NCBI GenBank assembly: GCA_000004985.1 | Contig: GG738899.1 | Source of the DNA: Naegleria gruberi | Taxonomy: Eukaryota | DNA: 64,000 bases | Strand: one strand, 5' to 3' | In this document: in pieces, positions 9,142-19,876 of the stretch | How the letters are laid out: every line of letters begins with the position of its first letter | Numbering within the stretch: position 1 is the stretch's first letter | Program-made: the position numbers and the translations under genes | Notes under the pieces: model-generated | The model's database searches: none | The model's input: the letters and a program-made list of their open reading frames with translations, nothing else | What the model was told of the DNA's origin: nothing

Positions 9142-12100
9142 ATGCTTCCATTTCCGCACAGGTTGTCTTATTTGTGTTTGTTATTTCTCTTCTTGGTACT
9201 CTTTACCCACCACAGCAACACAACAAACACTTTCTATCCTGTTGAATATTCTATGGAAGCAATTGTTGGCAACAGTCCAAATAGTACTTGGCATGCTTTG
9301 GATTACTTCTTCAAAGTAATACCTTCTTTCCGAGAGCCTGATAGATTCATCTACGTTCATGCAGCCAGAATGGGTGATGGTAAATTCAGTCTTCATAAAT
9401 TTGATAAATTAGAAGGAAATTATCAAAATATTGCTCCTGATGTGATGTATTTCACACTTGTTGCTCACATAACAGATGACAACTCTGTCCATGATGTGCT
9501 TTATTATGCTACCGATTCTACATGTACTTTTTACAAGTATAACGAAACAAACAACTCAACCACAAAAATTGCTGGTAATGGAGTTTGTGATACAAATTGC
9601 AATGCACGTGAAAAGCAATATAATGAGAGTCTTTGCAGGGGTTATTTAATGTCTTATCCACATAAATTCAATAATGAGAGTGAATTGTCCTTCTACTTAT
9701 ATGGTGGACAAGAAATTTATCGATTGAAGAATAATTTGGTACAGATTGTGGCAGGTCATGGAAAATCAACTTCCTTAGAAGATCAACCAGCAACAAATGT
9801 TACATTGGGTATATCTGGAACTTGTACCAACTCACTTGGAGAGATTTATATACTACAAAATTATCGAGAAGGAACAGGATATTATATTAGAAAGATTTAT
9901 CCAAATGGTATAATTACTACTGTCCTTTCGTTGATGGGAAATTATGCATATTCTGGTACTTGTTTGTTTGATAGTACTGTTTACGAGGTGGAAAATAAGA
10001 AAATGGTGTTGGATAGGTTATATATTTACGAACATCCAGCATCTACTGTAACAAAGTTTGAGCTTACTTTCGAATATCCAAACACTGGAAAGCCAACATT
10101 GCTTAATTATTCACAAACTACTCTAATTGGAAAATATAACTCTTTTGTACAAGCTGGAGATGGTGGCAAAGCAATCGATGGCAGAATTAGTACTGTAAAT
10201 GTCGACGCTTTTGATGGATTTGTTGCACTTTCTGCTCTGGGTAATGTTAGATTTATTGACAATCAAACTGGAATAATATCAGAGGTACTTTCGGCAAAAG
10301 GACATGGATTTTACACAGCAATTAATAATTTCAAATTCATACCAAAGGATATTATTTACTCTTACAATGAGGGAAATCCAGAAATTCACATAGCTGACCA
10401 TGTCTCATCTTCAATTTTGAAATATTCTTTGAAGAGCAAGAGTATGGAGCCAATGAAAAAGTATTTTATTAGCGATTTGAATAATGCCCCATCTACAGCA
10501 AAACCCTACTCTATGGCATTGGATTCCTATTCTAATTTACTTGTTTCTAATGATTTAAGCTATTGGAGCCCCAACTTTTTAGTTAATATAACCAAACTTG
10601 GACCAAAGGTGATATTTGGACAAAACAAAAAAATTGATGATTCTATTAGTTTGGATTCCTCAATATTGGGTAGGCCCTATTCCAGTTTTTTCATTATGTA
10701 CAATCAGGCGTACTATAGCATAGTTTCAGACAGAGGCAACAATAGACTCTTGCTTATTGACTTTGATGGAAGGAATATTACAACAATAGCTAGTATGAAA
10801 GATGGTATCAATGGACCAACTGGTATTTGCTATCTGAGCGATAGAAGTATGGTGATATTTTCAGATACTGGTAATCACGTCTTGAGATATTACAATATTA
10901 GGACACGTGAATTGGGAATATTTGCTGGAAGATTAGGAAAGAAAGGATTTACTGAAGGTTCTTTGCTCAACGCAACATTCAATCAAGTAAGTTTTAAAAT
11001 GAAACCAAACTAATTATACTAACTCAAAACACAGCCTGTTGGATTATCTTGCACTTTAGATAAAATTCTTGTGGCTGATTCTCATAATCATGCAATCAGA
11101 TTAATCAATATATATGCAAGCACTGTGGAAACTATTGCAGGAACTGGTAAGTGTTTTTGTTACAAAATTAAAGATCTTAATGCTCAATTCAGGAGAGGAA
11201 GGTTTTAATGGAGATTTCTTGGTACCTTTGAGTACTACATTCAATAATCCAATGGGAGTTTGCTTCCAAGAGCGTAATATTATAGTTGCTGACACGAATA
11301 ATCATAGAGTTAGAGTTATTGATGTAAACAACAGATATGTTTCCACAATCGCAGGATCTTTTTTGGATGGAGATAGTGGAGATGAAGGATTGGCCTCAAA
11401 AAGTTTACTCAATTCACCTCATGATGTTCAATATGAAGATAATGTAGTTTATATTGCTGGTATGTTTCAGGTATTTTTTGTTCAAGCTTCTAATCATTTC
11501 AGATTCTGGAAATAACAAAATTAGAGTAATTAAAGACCAAACTATTAGTTCCTTAATAGGGAGAAGTGGTAATTCTGGATTTGAGGGAGATGGAGGTCCT
11601 GGTTTAACAGCAAAGCTCAATTTCCCAACAGGATTGAGTCTTTCTACGAAATATATTGTAATTTCTGATTCAAAGAATAATAGACTTAGATTTTATTTAA
11701 AAGAAGAAAAAACTATTTATACATTAGCGGGTGGTTTTGGAGATAATGGGCCATCTGAGAATGGTATTGGAACACCGTTCGGAGTTACAATCTCTCCAAA
11801 CAATGAAATTTATGTCTCAGATGTGTTGAATAATTTAATTAGACGAATTAAGAATGGAAAAATTACAACAGTAGCAGGTTCTGGAGCATATGGATATAAT
11901 GGCGATGATATTAGTGCATTGAAAGCTTCTTTGGCATCACCTTCGAACATTGTTGTCAATCCTCTAACAAATGACATTATATTTTCAGATACAAACAATC
12001 ATAGAATTCGAATAATTTACAGTGACGGAAATATATCTACATTGGCTGGAACTGGACAAGCAGGTTATAATGGTGATGGAGTGGCTTCAGCTACTCACCT

Positions 12101-14057
12101 CCACTCACCTTCTTTTATCAAATTCATTCCACCACAATTCGAAGTGATAGTTTTTTCTGATTCTGCAAATGGAAGAATACGAAAGATTAGCAAGGTGAAT
12201 AATATTTATATGGTATCGACAATTGCAGGACCTCCTGACTTGATTGGAGTACCTGAGGGATTATCAATTTCAAACGAAGGAGATGTATATTTTGCAGATT
12301 CAAAGAATTTAAGAATTTCAAAACTAATTCCAACCTGTCAACCAGGATATGTACTCAATTTGGAAAAAACAAAGTGTATTCCTATTTGCTATGATATTTC
12401 GGCCCTTGATCCTTCCTCTTGCTCCAGTCATGGAAGTTGCATCGATAGAAACAATTGCCAATGCATGAATGGATATACTGGAAATTCCTGTCAATATTCA
12501 ATCTGTCATGGAATTTCTGGACAAAATATTAGTGTTTGCTCATATTCGGGAACTTGTGTATCTCCAAATAAGTGTGAATGTGTTTCAGGCTATGCTGGAG
12601 ATCAGTGTGAATTACCTACTTGTTTTGGAAAAACTGGAAGAGAGGGTTGTAATAATCGTGGAAAGTGCCATGCTAGAAATTTTTGCATTTGTGAAAATGG
12701 TTATGCAGGAACAACGTGTGAAACAAATGTAATATTGATTGGCTCTCTAGTTGCGGTCTTTGCTGTTGCATTGATTATTATTGGCATTGTGGTGTTAATT
12801 TTAATATTTGTCTTTTCCAAATATAGGAAACAGAAGAAGATTATTGATACCGATCTTACACTGGATGAGAGATTGTTATCACAAACTGAATTGGAAATTA
12901 GCAATACAAGTTCTAATCGTACATATCATCAAGAAGAAGACAAGTTTATCATTCCAATTGAACAATTGAATATGGATAAACCAATTAAAGTAAGTATAGC
13001 AAAGGAAATCAACATTAACAAATTTAACCTATTTTACACAGAGACTTGGAGAAGGAGGAATGGGAAGCGTATTCATGACCAAATATAATGGAATGAAGAT
13101 TGCTGTCAAAGTATTTGATTTGAACAATTTTAACATTTCCGAAGATGATTTCAAGATTGAAGCAATTTTATTAAGCAAGCTTAGACATCCAAACATTATC
13201 AACTTCTATGGCATATCGTCTACACCTACAAAGAGATTCATAGCAATGGAGGTAAGTTTCAATTATTTCCACGAGTGAAAACTGAACTATTTGAAATATA
13301 ATCACAGTGTATGGACAAGAGCTTGGAGTCCATGATTAGTTCACTGCAAAAAGGTACCTCTACATGTTCTCTTAAAATGAAACTATCCATTATTCTAAAT
13401 GTAGTGAGTGGTATCAATTATTTACATCATTTGGAGCCTAATTTTATTATTCATAGGTATGTTTTCACAAAGTGGCCTTTCACAATTTCTTATTGAATTA
13501 TATATAGAGATTTAAAACCAGCAAATATTCTCTTGGATAAAAATGGAATTGCAAAATTGTGTGACTTTGGATTGGGAAGGGCATTATCTTCCAATACAGT
13601 ATCAGCAATCACTAGTAAGGTTGGAACATATAATTATATGTCGCCAGAACTTTTCTCAGATGATATAGAAAGAGGAGATGCTCGATCAATTGATATTTAC
13701 AGTTTAGCCATCATTCTATGGCAACTCGTATTCGAAATTATGGAACCATATCAAAGCTCGGATACAAAAGTTCTTCAAAAATTGAATTTGGAAAAACCAA
13801 AAACCTTTAACAGCACTTATCATTTCCACAAAAGTATCTGTGAAGAGAAATTGAGACCAATTATTCCATTTTCCACATTGGAGGAATGTCGTGAGTGGTG
13901 TGAAAAATTCCTAGACCAAGAACAAGCCAAGTACTATGAGGTAATTTATGAGATGAGTCAATTGATTGAACAATCGTGGAGTCATGAGCCAAGTAAGAGA
14001 CCAACAAGTGTTCAGATTTTGGAAAAGATTGAGGAATGGGATGAACGAGTTTTGTAA
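9142..14057 (+). CDS. receptor-like protein kinase: signal peptide, N-terminal domain, NHL repeats, tenascin-type EGF repeats, TM helix, TKL-type kinase (7 exons)
   Basis: Exons are 9142-10986, 11035-11146, 11193-11459, 11503-12989, 13042-13251, 13308-13456 and 13508-14057. Introns are 42-56 nt, GTAAGT/GTATGT to AG. Splicing restores NHL motifs (DSHNHAIRLI, AGTGGEEGFNGD, VYIADSGNNKIRV). EGF repeats have the form CxxxGxCxxxNxCxCxxGYxGxxCxxxxC. The TM is LIGSLVAVFAVALIIIGIVVLILIFVF. The kinase shows the glycine loop LGEGGMGSVF, AVK, HRDLKPANILLD, DFG and YMSPE. Joins track ORFs 9142, 11114, 11454, 13060, 13311 and 13533. Confidence 0.75.
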
Positions 14058-14130
14058 AATTTAATTTTCAATTCAATTTCTGCATTGAGTTCAGGTTCAA
14101 AGTTTAATTTTCCAATTTCTAATAAAAAAA

Positions 14131-14472
14131 ATGAGTACCAGATCATCTGCGATTGATCGATTCACTATTAGCAATGGACCACAAAGGTGTGAAAATCAAA
14201 TTAATAGAATTTGTCCATTGTTTCTTCGGAATTTGTGTAGAAAAGGAGATGCATGCAATTTCCTTCATGAAATGCCATCAATTTCAGTGTGTCCTTTCTA
14301 TCAAGGTGGATTTTGCAAAGATGGACCAAAATGCAAATTAAAACACATCAAATCCGTGGCTTGTCCTGATTATTTATCTGGATTTTGCATCAATGGTCCA
14401 AATTGCAACTATTCACATCCTAAACTTGAATCTGATCAGATTTTCAACATGAAGTGCCAATCTGATCAATGA
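14131..14472 (+). CDS. CCCH-type zinc-finger protein (three C-x8-C-x5-C-x3-H fingers)
   Basis: 113-aa ORF with ATG after an aataaaaaaa context. Fingers are CPLFLRNLCRKGDACNFLH, CPFYQGGFCKDGPKCKLKH and CPDYLSGFCINGPNCNYSH. Resembles CPSF30/ZC3H-type RNA-binding fingers. Confidence 0.6.
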   Translation: MSTRSSAIDRFTISNGPQRCENQINRICPLFLRNLCRKGDACNFLHEMPSISVCPFYQGGFCKDGPKCKLKHIKSVACPDYLSGFCINGPNCNYSHPKLESDQIFNMKCQSDQ

Positions 14473-14921
14473 TTATCCATGAAATCCTACTCCGATTGTA
14501 TCAAGATTACAAAAAATTCATTCTTTCAAATTCCACTCCAATTCCTCTCTCTCAACATAATCCATCCTCTCATCCGACCGAAACAAATTTCAAAATACCC
14601 ACTGTTCCCGCCAAAATCATTGTAAACATGCACATGCACACCGAACTAACTCATGTCTTGCCTTAATTACTCCTAATTGTCCTGTTGAACGTGCGCTATT
14701 GCATTTTATAGCCTTTATATTGTTGCAGAGCATTTAGCCTTTGGCTCGAGAATCTTTTTGAAAACGACAATTTTTCAAAGCACTCGAAAAACGACGCTAA
14801 AAAACTCTCGAAAAAAAAATTGTCGTAATTGGTCGGTGATTGAACCACGCAAATTTCAAAGCCTAAAAGAAGATTTTTCACTACTGCAAGCCTTGACTAG
14901 ATTTAAACAGCTGTTTTAAAG

Positions 14922-16490
14922 ATGCAAGAAGCACATGAGGGAAATAACATTGAAGGAGTTTCGACTTCTGTAGAATTAGAAATTGTTGATAGTAATAATA
15001 ATAATAATGGAGAGCAACAACATGATGTAGAGGTGGTGGCGAGGAATGAAGAACAATCGACGCAGCATCAACAACAACAACAACAGTTTAATGTAATGAT
15101 AGAAGAAGAATCTCCTCAAGCTTCGAATAAGCCAATCACATATTACGAATCTTCACCAACAGCCATTGATAATAATTCTTCAATAACAACAACAACAACA
15201 AATAAGAAAAAGGTTAAATTACCTCCTCCAATGATAACCAAAAGCATTCAAACTAAGCAATGGCAAGTTGACTTCTCCAAGTTTCCCATAATCGAAACTG
15301 ACAAGGCAACTAAACTTAAAAAGCGAGTTTCCAAATTTTACGAAAAGCAAAACGAACTGGTTGAAGGTTTTGCTGATTTATATACGAATACCATTACGAA
15401 AGATTTTCTGGTAGACGGAGAAGACGGATATTTAGAATTGAACGACGAGCTTAAGGAAGAAAATCCAATTGACTCTTCAGCAAAGGACGATAGATATGCA
15501 AACTTTTGCATTCAAGCAAGTTTTTGGGTGAATATCTTGTTATTGTTTTTAAAGGTTTCAGCTAGTTTCTTATCAATTTCACTATCAGTTATTACTTCAA
15601 CTGTAGATTCGATTCTTGACATTGTTTCTGGGCTAATCCTTGTGTATACGAATCATTTGAGAAAAAAGAAGGGAGATTCTCACAAATATCCAGTTGGTAA
15701 GGATAGATTAGAACCACTGAGTTTCATTATTTTTGCAACATGCATGGCAACTGCAAGTCTTCAAATTATTAAGGAAGGTGTTGTGACAATTATTCAAGGA
15801 TTAGTGACAGGAGATCCATATTTACCTGCAAATAATGAAAACTTGATCAGTTGGAGTTCTCAACCAGAAACTCTTTCAGGTGAAATGGAATGGATGCTTG
15901 GAATCAAAGTTCCTGCCACCTTCAAGTTATTTGCCTATTCCTACAGTTTGGCTGTCATGTTGGTTGCTGTCGTTTTGAAAACCATCTTGTATTTCTTGTG
16001 TATTAGAGCTAAATCTGCTTCATGTGAAGCCTATGCCTTCGATCACAGAAATGATGTGCTCAGTAACTCATTCCTAGTTGCCTCCCTTTTCATTTCAATG
16101 TGGGCTTGGTGGGTTGATCCATTCAGTGCAACAGTTCTCTCCTGTTATATTATCTATGGATGGGTAGGTGAATCAATGGAACATGTGACCAAGCTTGTTG
16201 GTTTATCAGCTGAAAGTGATCTCATTCAGAAATTGACATTTATTGCTTACAACCATTGTGAAAAAATTGTTAAAGTTGATTTGGTCACTGCTTGGTATAG
16301 TGGAATGAATATTATTGCTGAAATTCATGTTGTCTTGCCACCTGACATGTCACTTAAGGAAGCACACAATATTGGAGCCAAGTTACAGACAAAGATTGAA
16401 TCTGTTCCAGAAGTGGAAAGATGTTTCGTCCATTTGGATTTCAACGACACTCACAAGAATGAAAGATCATTAATTGGAAAAGATGTATAA
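14922..16490 (+). CDS. cation diffusion facilitator (CDF) transporter, Mn-type (DxxxD motifs), with N-terminal polyQ/N tail
   Basis: 522-aa single exon. TM2 has STVDSILD (DxxxD) and TM5 has FDHRND (DxxxD), characteristic of the Mn-CDF/MTP8-11 group. About 6 TM helices and a C-terminal cytoplasmic domain. The N-terminal region contains (CAA)n-encoded QQQQQQ and NNNNN runs. Confidence 0.7.
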   Translation: MQEAHEGNNIEGVSTSVELEIVDSNNNNNGEQQHDVEVVARNEEQSTQHQQQQQQFNVMIEEESPQASNKPITYYESSPTAIDNNSSITTTTTNKKKVKLPPPMITKSIQTKQWQVDFSKFPIIETDKATKLKKRVSKFYEKQNELVEGFADLYTNTITKDFLVDGEDGYLELNDELKEENPIDSSAKDDRYANFCIQASFWVNILLLFLKVSASFLSISLSVITSTVDSILDIVSGLILVYTNHLRKKKGDSHKYPVGKDRLEPLSFIIFATCMATASLQIIKEGVVTIIQGLVTGDPYLPANNENLISWSSQPETLSGEMEWMLGIKVPATFKLFAYSYSLAVMLVAVVLKTILYFLCIRAKSASCEAYAFDHRNDVLSNSFLVASLFISMWAWWVDPFSATVLSCYIIYGWVGESMEHVTKLVGLSAESDLIQKLTFIAYNHCEKIVKVDLVTAWYSGMNIIAEIHVVLPPDMSLKEAHNIGAKLQTKIESVPEVERCFVHLDFNDTHKNERSLIGKDV

Positions 16491-16563
16491 CAATTTTATT
16501 ATTATAAATATTACAAAATACCATTTATTAATTTTTTCAAGATAGTTTCCTGTTCTCAACAAT

Positions 16564-19113
16564 TTACAAATTGAAATGTGGTGTGAACAAGCTCAACAAG
16601 AATGGAATCAAACATAAAATGACCAAAATCAATGGTGTGACTGATGCATTCATTAGAGAAGCACCAGAAGTGGCATTTCTATTCAAAGATCCAGTTGGAA
16701 TTGTTGAATTGTTACCATTATTGTCATTATTTCCAATGGTGGTTTGACATTGAGCTCCAGTATGTTTGGAATCACATGTGCAGGTGTCATTCTTGAGACA
16801 AGTACCAAATCCAGAGCAAACAGTGGCTGAAGTATTTGAAATTCCATAACAAACAACAACTGGTTGACTTGGTTGAGTAATGGTAGTTTCACATTTGGCT
16901 CCAGTATGCTTTGAATCACATGTACAAGTATTGTTTTTGACACAGGTGCCGAATCCAGAACAAACACTTGGTGAACTACTCAAAATTCCATAACAAACAA
17001 TCACTGGTTGAGCAATCACATTTTCACACTTTACACCAGTATGTTTGGAATCACATGTGCAGGTATCATTCTTGAGACAAGTTCCAAATCCAGAGCAAAC
17101 GCTTGGTGATGTGCTCAAAATTCCATAACAGACAATTGGAATGGTATTTTCACATTTAGAGCCTGTGTGAGATGAATCACAAGTACATGTATCATTCTTT
17201 AAACATTTACCAAATCCAGAACAGACAGCAGCTGAAGTATTTGAAATTCCATAACACATAATCACTGGTTGACTTGGTTGAGTGATGGTATTTTCACATT
17301 TGGCTCCAGAATGAGATGCATCACAAGTACATGTATCATTCTTTAAACATTTACCAAATCCAGAACAAACAGCAGCTGAAGTATTGGAAATTCCATAACA
17401 AACAACAACAACTGGTGGGTTATTATTGTTGCTATTCACATTAAAGGATGGAACAACCAATAAACTTGCACTTCTTGCATCCAATGAAACAGTTACCTTA
17501 CCATCAACTGAGCTAGTAGTCAGAGTTTGAGAATTCTTTGAAATAGTTCCAGGAGAAACAAATGTCCAAGTGGTGATGGATTTGCTCTTTCCAACGTCAC
17601 CTGCCAATTGTAAACTAACACTTGAAGCTGAAGTTAACTTGTTCACAAGGACAATGTACAATGTATTTGAGGCAGAGTTGACAAATGAGTAAGCTCCAAC
17701 ACTGTCAACATTTGAACTAGTGGTATTGACATAGGCTCCATTAATGCCAGCTCCCTTTCCGTCATAATTCATTAAAAATTGGAATGATTTCTCAACCATT
17801 GAACCACTTTTTGGAACTGTAAAACGAGTTGCCAAATCAACTCCTTCTCTACCAAAAATGGTTAAAATTTCAACTTGGGCCAAAGCAGAAGACCAAAGAT
17901 TGTCAGCTCCAAAATTATATTCAGTAATGGCCAACTTCAACTCTGGACAATACTTGGCAATGGATGCTTTCATACGTGGAATGAGTGCAACCCTTGAAAG
18001 TGGTCCATTAGATTCAGCATCAGTAATCCAACTTTCATCAACATAATTAAAATCATACAAGCTCTTGACAGTTCTCAAACGAAGATCTGAATTCGTATCT
18101 GCTGTTTGAGTGTCATCATAAATTCCACTTGCTTGTGGATAATAGTGAATATCCAAATAGTCAACCAACAAAATTCCAGTATTCTTCTTATATTCACAAA
18201 CCTTTGTCAAGTAATAATCAATGAGTGGTAAATTGGAATGAGCTTGACGATCAGCACCAGAGGAACAACCATCTGCAGGGGAATAATAATATCCGCAATG
18301 TCCCCATGAATTTGGACCAAATGTCTTGATTGTGGAATCTTCTGTCTTGATTGCTTTGGCATATTTCTCAGTTAAGGTCCACATTTCATCGTAGGTTATT
18401 GGATTTGGATGGACATCATGATGGGTGGAATGCCACAAGTCCATTTCATTATCCAATGACCACAATTTGACAGGTGTTCCTCTACTTTTCATGTATTTGA
18501 TCCAGTTGACTACATAATTTTCATCAATGACTTTTGAAGTTTCTGCTGGATCATTTCCAGTAACATAGATATTACCAGTCTTTTTACCATTACCAGCATC
18601 TCCCATACACCAACTAGGAAAACCAGTTCTAGTACATTCAGTTTCCAATTGACTACCATATTTAGCAACTGAAAAACCCCACTTTTTAGAACGATCATCC
18701 AATGGAGTATAACCAATCAAACTAGCAGTCAGCATCAACTTGGATCCATGCTTATTAGCTGTGTCCATAAACATTGTAGCTGCAGATCCATTCGGCAAAA
18801 TTTGTCCGCTCTCAATTTCGTCTGGAATATTCATGAAAAACCAATCCTGAGCCGTGTTATGAATATTCTGTTGCCAATTATAACGAGTATCTGAATTACC
18901 ACCTTTACGATTGATTGTATATTTAACAGATTGAAAATTGGCTTCTTGTGCGTAGTTGACTCCAAAAATGTCTTGGTTGAGTTGGTTGCCGATTGGGAGG
19001 GAAGAATCAATTTTAACGGTGAGTTGTTGGTGGGTGGGGAAGAGGAGGAAGCAGATGATTGTCAGAAATAACAATCGACATGATGGTGTCAAGAGTTTGT
19101 TGACTAGTGACAT
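16564..19113 (-). CDS. GPI-anchored clan GH-A glycoside hydrolase (GH44-like) with six tenascin-type EGF repeats
   Basis: The start is re-set to ATG at 19111-19113 (MSLVNKLL...signal peptide). The track ORF 16564-19227 begins 38 codons upstream with no Met. The catalytic region has RKGGNSDTRYNW. It has a LDNEMDLW acid/base NE motif and an AITEYNF nucleophile TE motif, as in clan GH-A (beta/alpha)8 retaining glycosidases. Six repeats of the form VCYGISNTSAAVCSGFGKCLKNDTCTCDxxHxGxKCE follow. The Ser-rich C-terminus ends in a hydrophobic tail (NATSGASLMNASVTPLILVILCLIPFLLSLF), consistent with a GPI signal. Confidence 0.65.
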   Translation of the reverse strand: MSLVNKLLTPSCRLLFLTIICFLLFPTHQQLTVKIDSSLPIGNQLNQDIFGVNYAQEANFQSVKYTINRKGGNSDTRYNWQQNIHNTAQDWFFMNIPDEIESGQILPNGSAATMFMDTANKHGSKLMLTASLIGYTPLDDRSKKWGFSVAKYGSQLETECTRTGFPSWCMGDAGNGKKTGNIYVTGNDPAETSKVIDENYVVNWIKYMKSRGTPVKLWSLDNEMDLWHSTHHDVHPNPITYDEMWTLTEKYAKAIKTEDSTIKTFGPNSWGHCGYYYSPADGCSSGADRQAHSNLPLIDYYLTKVCEYKKNTGILLVDYLDIHYYPQASGIYDDTQTADTNSDLRLRTVKSLYDFNYVDESWITDAESNGPLSRVALIPRMKASIAKYCPELKLAITEYNFGADNLWSSALAQVEILTIFGREGVDLATRFTVPKSGSMVEKSFQFLMNYDGKGAGINGAYVNTTSSNVDSVGAYSFVNSASNTLYIVLVNKLTSASSVSLQLAGDVGKSKSITTWTFVSPGTISKNSQTLTTSSVDGKVTVSLDARSASLLVVPSFNVNSNNNNPPVVVVCYGISNTSAAVCSGFGKCLKNDTCTCDASHSGAKCENTITQPSQPVIMCYGISNTSAAVCSGFGKCLKNDTCTCDSSHTGSKCENTIPIVCYGILSTSPSVCSGFGTCLKNDTCTCDSKHTGVKCENVIAQPVIVCYGILSSSPSVCSGFGTCVKNNTCTCDSKHTGAKCETTITQPSQPVVVCYGISNTSATVCSGFGTCLKNDTCTCDSKHTGAQCQTTIGNNDNNGNNSTIPTGSLNRNATSGASLMNASVTPLILVILCLIPFLLSLFTPHFNL
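16720..17380 (-). repeat. tandem coding repeats of about 110-120 bp (EGF modules) with near-identical DNA copies
   Basis: Units such as ccagtatgtttggaatcacatgtgcaggtgtcattcttgagacaagtaccaaatccagagcaaac recur near 16770 and 17040 with 2-3 mismatches. A second unit type (gtacatgtatcattctttaaacatttaccaaatccagaacagacagcagctgaagtat...) recurs near 17190 and 17320. Read directly from the sequence. Confidence 0.7.
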
Positions 19114-19876
19114 TTTTTTTGAGTGATGGGTTTGTTGGGTGCTTTTCAAATTTGTTTGAATATTTTTATGTTGCGATGAGGCTACTGATTTGGTAATTGA
19201 TTGTTGTGGAAGGTTTTTGAAAATCAACTGTTTCGAATAATTATGTTGTAAAGGTTCACCAATTCAATAATTAAAATTCGATTAGGTAAAAACCTTCATT
19301 CTTGCCAACCACCTTAATAGCAACTTGAAGCAATATCCAATGATTCAAGTGGTAGTCACAAATCAATTAACAAAACATTCAAATATACCAACAATTTAAA
19401 ATACAAGTGTCAAATCCTTTGGATGTGAACAAGCCAGAAGCTTCAGCTGTGGCAATAACTTGTCCAGAACTATATTCTACATGATGACCTCTCCCCAATC
19501 ATTGTGCCCTTAAAACGAGGAATTGCCTATTTAGAGAATGGAAATGAAAATACCCTTTAATAAAACGGATTGGGGACCAGTGGGAATCGAACCCACGGCC
19601 TCTCGCACCCAAAGCGAGAATCATACCACTAGACCATGGTCCCTTACACATGGTTTTTCAAAAACACTTTCAGTAGGCAAGCCTTATTATCATTTGCCTT
19701 AATTCAAAGGACGTCTCTTCTTTCAGTCTTGACAAATTGCTCATATTTTGATTGACTGCTACAACAGCCACAAATGGTAATACTACGGCAAGTGTTTCAA
19801 CCTCAAAAAAAAATGTGCGTTCCTACTAGACATATGAAATAAGTAAAAAAATCCAACAATAACTCGAGCAAAGATA
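19114..19876. promoter_or_regulatory. divergent intergenic region between the GH gene (minus) and the UGT gene (plus), containing tRNA-Pro
   Basis: 763 bp between the divergent ATGs at 19113 and 19877. A-rich stretches sit immediately 5' of both ATGs. The tRNA gene with its internal Pol III A/B boxes is embedded here. Confidence 0.3.
19572..19643 (-). tRNA. tRNA-Pro (anticodon UGG)
   Basis: The minus-strand reading is GGGACCA TG GTCT AGTGGTA TGATT CTCGC TTTGGGT GCGAG AGGCC GTGGG TTCGATT CCCAC TGGTCCC C. This gives a 7-bp acceptor, a D-arm, an anticodon stem with loop TTTGGGT (UGG), and a T-arm GTGGG/CCCAC with loop TTCGATT. Discriminator is C. A T-run lies downstream on the minus strand. Confidence 0.9.

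Noticed and set aside
11454-13088. Treating track ORFs 11114-11515, 11454-13088, 13060-13278, 13311-13496 and 13533-14057 as separate genes
   Set aside because: Each begins or ends exactly at canonical splice sites. Joining them restores NHL, EGF and kinase motifs across the junctions in a single frame. The same holds for 32943, 33502 and 35218 in the paralog.
16683-16967. Minus-strand ORF 16683-16967 and other small ORFs nested in the glycoside hydrolase gene (17858-18046 plus, 18510-18716 minus)
   Set aside because: They are alternative-frame shadows of the repeat-rich coding sequence of the 16564-19113 gene. They have no start context or domain content.
16564-19227. Using the full track ORF (start 19227) for the glycoside hydrolase
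   Set aside because: The 5' extension of 38 codons has no ATG, because the track start is an alternative codon. The first ATG at 19113 is preceded by an A-run and gives a textbook signal peptide (MSLVNKLLTPSCRLLFLTIICFLLF).
19644-19876. Possible tRNA-targeted retrotransposon (TRE/DGLT-A type) next to tRNA-Pro
   Set aside because: Dictyostelid retroelements integrate about 50 bp from tRNA genes. The flanks here, 19230-19570 and 19644-19876, show no ORF, poly(A) tail, target-site duplication or LTR-like terminal repeat that I can see, and are only AT-rich spacer.
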